From NCBI GenBank assembly GCA_965225855.1, contig CBDDCK010000005.1, forward strand, positions 992,001-1,056,000: a stretch of 64,000 nt of DNA, given 5' to 3'. Source of the stretch: Spirochaetia bacterium. GTDB lineage: Bacteria > Spirochaetota > Spirochaetia > SP-2023. Positions 62,865 to 64,000 of this stretch are shown here, one piece after another; the first letter of the stretch is position 1; the number at the start of each line of letters is the position of its first letter. The notes below the pieces were generated by a model. That model searched no databases and was not told the origin of the DNA. It saw only the letters and a program-made list of their open reading frames with translations. The translations under genes were made by a program, and so were the position numbers.

Positions 62865-64000
62865 CTAAGCTTCTAAGGAAATACCCAGACCTTGAATAAT
62901 TTGCTGTAGCCATATCTCATCGGGTTTATCAAAATAAATTCCACTTTTATTGGGCTGCATATCGTTAGCGATGCTGTTTGTTATGCCACGCAAAAACAAA
63001 TAGTAACAGCCGCCAAAATGTTGAGAATACTTAAAACTATCACCATATTGTAATTTCAAATAATAATAAACTGCAGCCAAATAAATTAAGTATTGCATTT
63101 GATAATGGTGCTTCGCCATAATTTCTTTGAGAGCTTCATCTCGATAAAGCTGTTGCTGCAATTGTTGCAAATTTACCTCGATCGTTTTGCGGTCCAATTC
63201 TTGGATTGCCGATTCCATTGGTAAAGAGCTGGCTGCTAAGTTGCTCTTCCAGTCGAGTAAATAGAGCTTGCCATCGTGTAAAAATAACAAGTCTATAAAA
63301 CCTTTCAAGAAACCTTTGGTAACTTGAATTTTGCTACCCGCTTGTTGTGCAAAAAGTAGGCTGTCTATAGCACAATCTTTTGGAACAGAAAATAAAAATT
63401 CCAGTTCGTGTTGACGCTGTTTTTTGGCAAGCTGACACAAACGTAATTGCGTTGATTGCTTTATTTCTGTTGGATTATTTTTTAATGTATTTTGATCGGT
63501 TATTGGGACGGGCGGTATAGTTAAGTCGCTGTGTAAGGTGTGCCAAATCATGCGGCATAAAGCTGGGTATGCTTGGCGTATCCAATTTCTAGGGAAATAA
63601 CGGCGACTTTTTAGGCTCAATTCTTTAAAAAAATCATTCTTAAAATGATTGTTATCCTGTTCTAGTAAATCATCGAGACTGCTTTGCTCAATCATCTGGT
63701 AATCCGCATTTTCTAATACGTCATGGAGTAGATTCCCCAAAGCAGCGCCGGGGCTCAATAATAGTTCATGCCAACACAATTCTTTTTGATTTGCTTGTGT
63801 TGCTTCTGAAAACAATTCTTCAATTGTTTGTTCGTCTTGCTCTTTTTGCTTTTTATCAAAACTGGAGAAATTTTCTTCCATACTCCCTTCTATGCTAAAG
63901 TTATGGCTTGTATTGAAAATTCCTTCCTTGGAAATCTGTTTTTGTAATGAAGTAAAACTATTTACAGCAGGAAAATGATGAGCTAAATTATCATTTTGTA
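62865..64000 (-). CDS. recB: exodeoxyribonuclease V beta subunit, 3' part (runs off the window)
   Basis: GNLLHDVLE, ELEF, GFIDLLF, LLDWKSN, Y..QY.IY, YLFLRG; frame open to the window end, including SFTSL. Confidence 0.85.
   Translation of the reverse strand, partial: QNDNLAHHFPAVNSFTSLQKQISKEGIFNTSHNFSIEGSMEENFSSFDKKQKEQDEQTIEELFSEATQANQKELCWHELLLSPGAALGNLLHDVLENADYQMIEQSSLDDLLEQDNNHFKNDFFKELSLKSRRYFPRNWIRQAYPALCRMIWHTLHSDLTIPPVPITDQNTLKNNPTEIKQSTQLRLCQLAKKQRQHELEFLFSVPKDCAIDSLLFAQQAGSKIQVTKGFLKGFIDLLFLHDGKLYLLDWKSNLAASSLPMESAIQELDRKTIEVNLQQLQQQLYRDEALKEIMAKHHYQMQYLIYLAAVYYYLKLQYGDSFKYSQHFGGCYYLFLRGITNSIANDMQPNKSGIYFDKPDEIWLQQIIQGLGISLEA

Noticed and set aside
62865..63881. Stand-alone 338-aa nuclease
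   Set aside because: The frame stays open to the window edge, so it is the 3' end of recB

Overview
Bacterial chromosomal window, most likely from a host-associated spirochaete (inferred from the NusA C-terminal zinc ribbon, Asp-type MurA and lipobox surface proteins), with visible gene decay. Core genes are rimP(degenerate)-nusA-infB-rbfA, ldhA, gyrB, aat, pabB, ilvE, recC, dCMP deaminase, dapL, dapF, murA and the 3' part of recB. Two accessory zones interrupt them. (1) An AT-rich defence island at about 12.4-27.5 kb holds a fused Type IIB/IIG-like R-M gene, an ABC-type ATPase plus a small PD-(D/E)XK-like partner, an RloC-like ATPase (one full and one truncated copy), an HNH gene, R-M remnants and an orphan MTase. 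Its modules are separated by repeated blocks carrying copies of the R-M gene's 3' tail and 22-bp tandem arrays of 3, 4 and 7 units. (2) A zone at about 35-50 kb holds two paralogous repeat-linker lipoproteins, a Nik/Cnt-like ABC plus MATE operon bracketed by IS1595 remnants, an HU-like/Ig protein beside a 46-bp palindromic array (second array at 57.7 kb), and pseudogenes. Other notable points are a DapF with both catalytic Cys replaced by Ser, a recurring pattern of acquired genes bracketed by duplicated flanking sequence, and a possible 6S-like ncRNA. No CRISPR, rRNA or tRNA was recognised. All family calls come from motif recognition by eye, not database searches.
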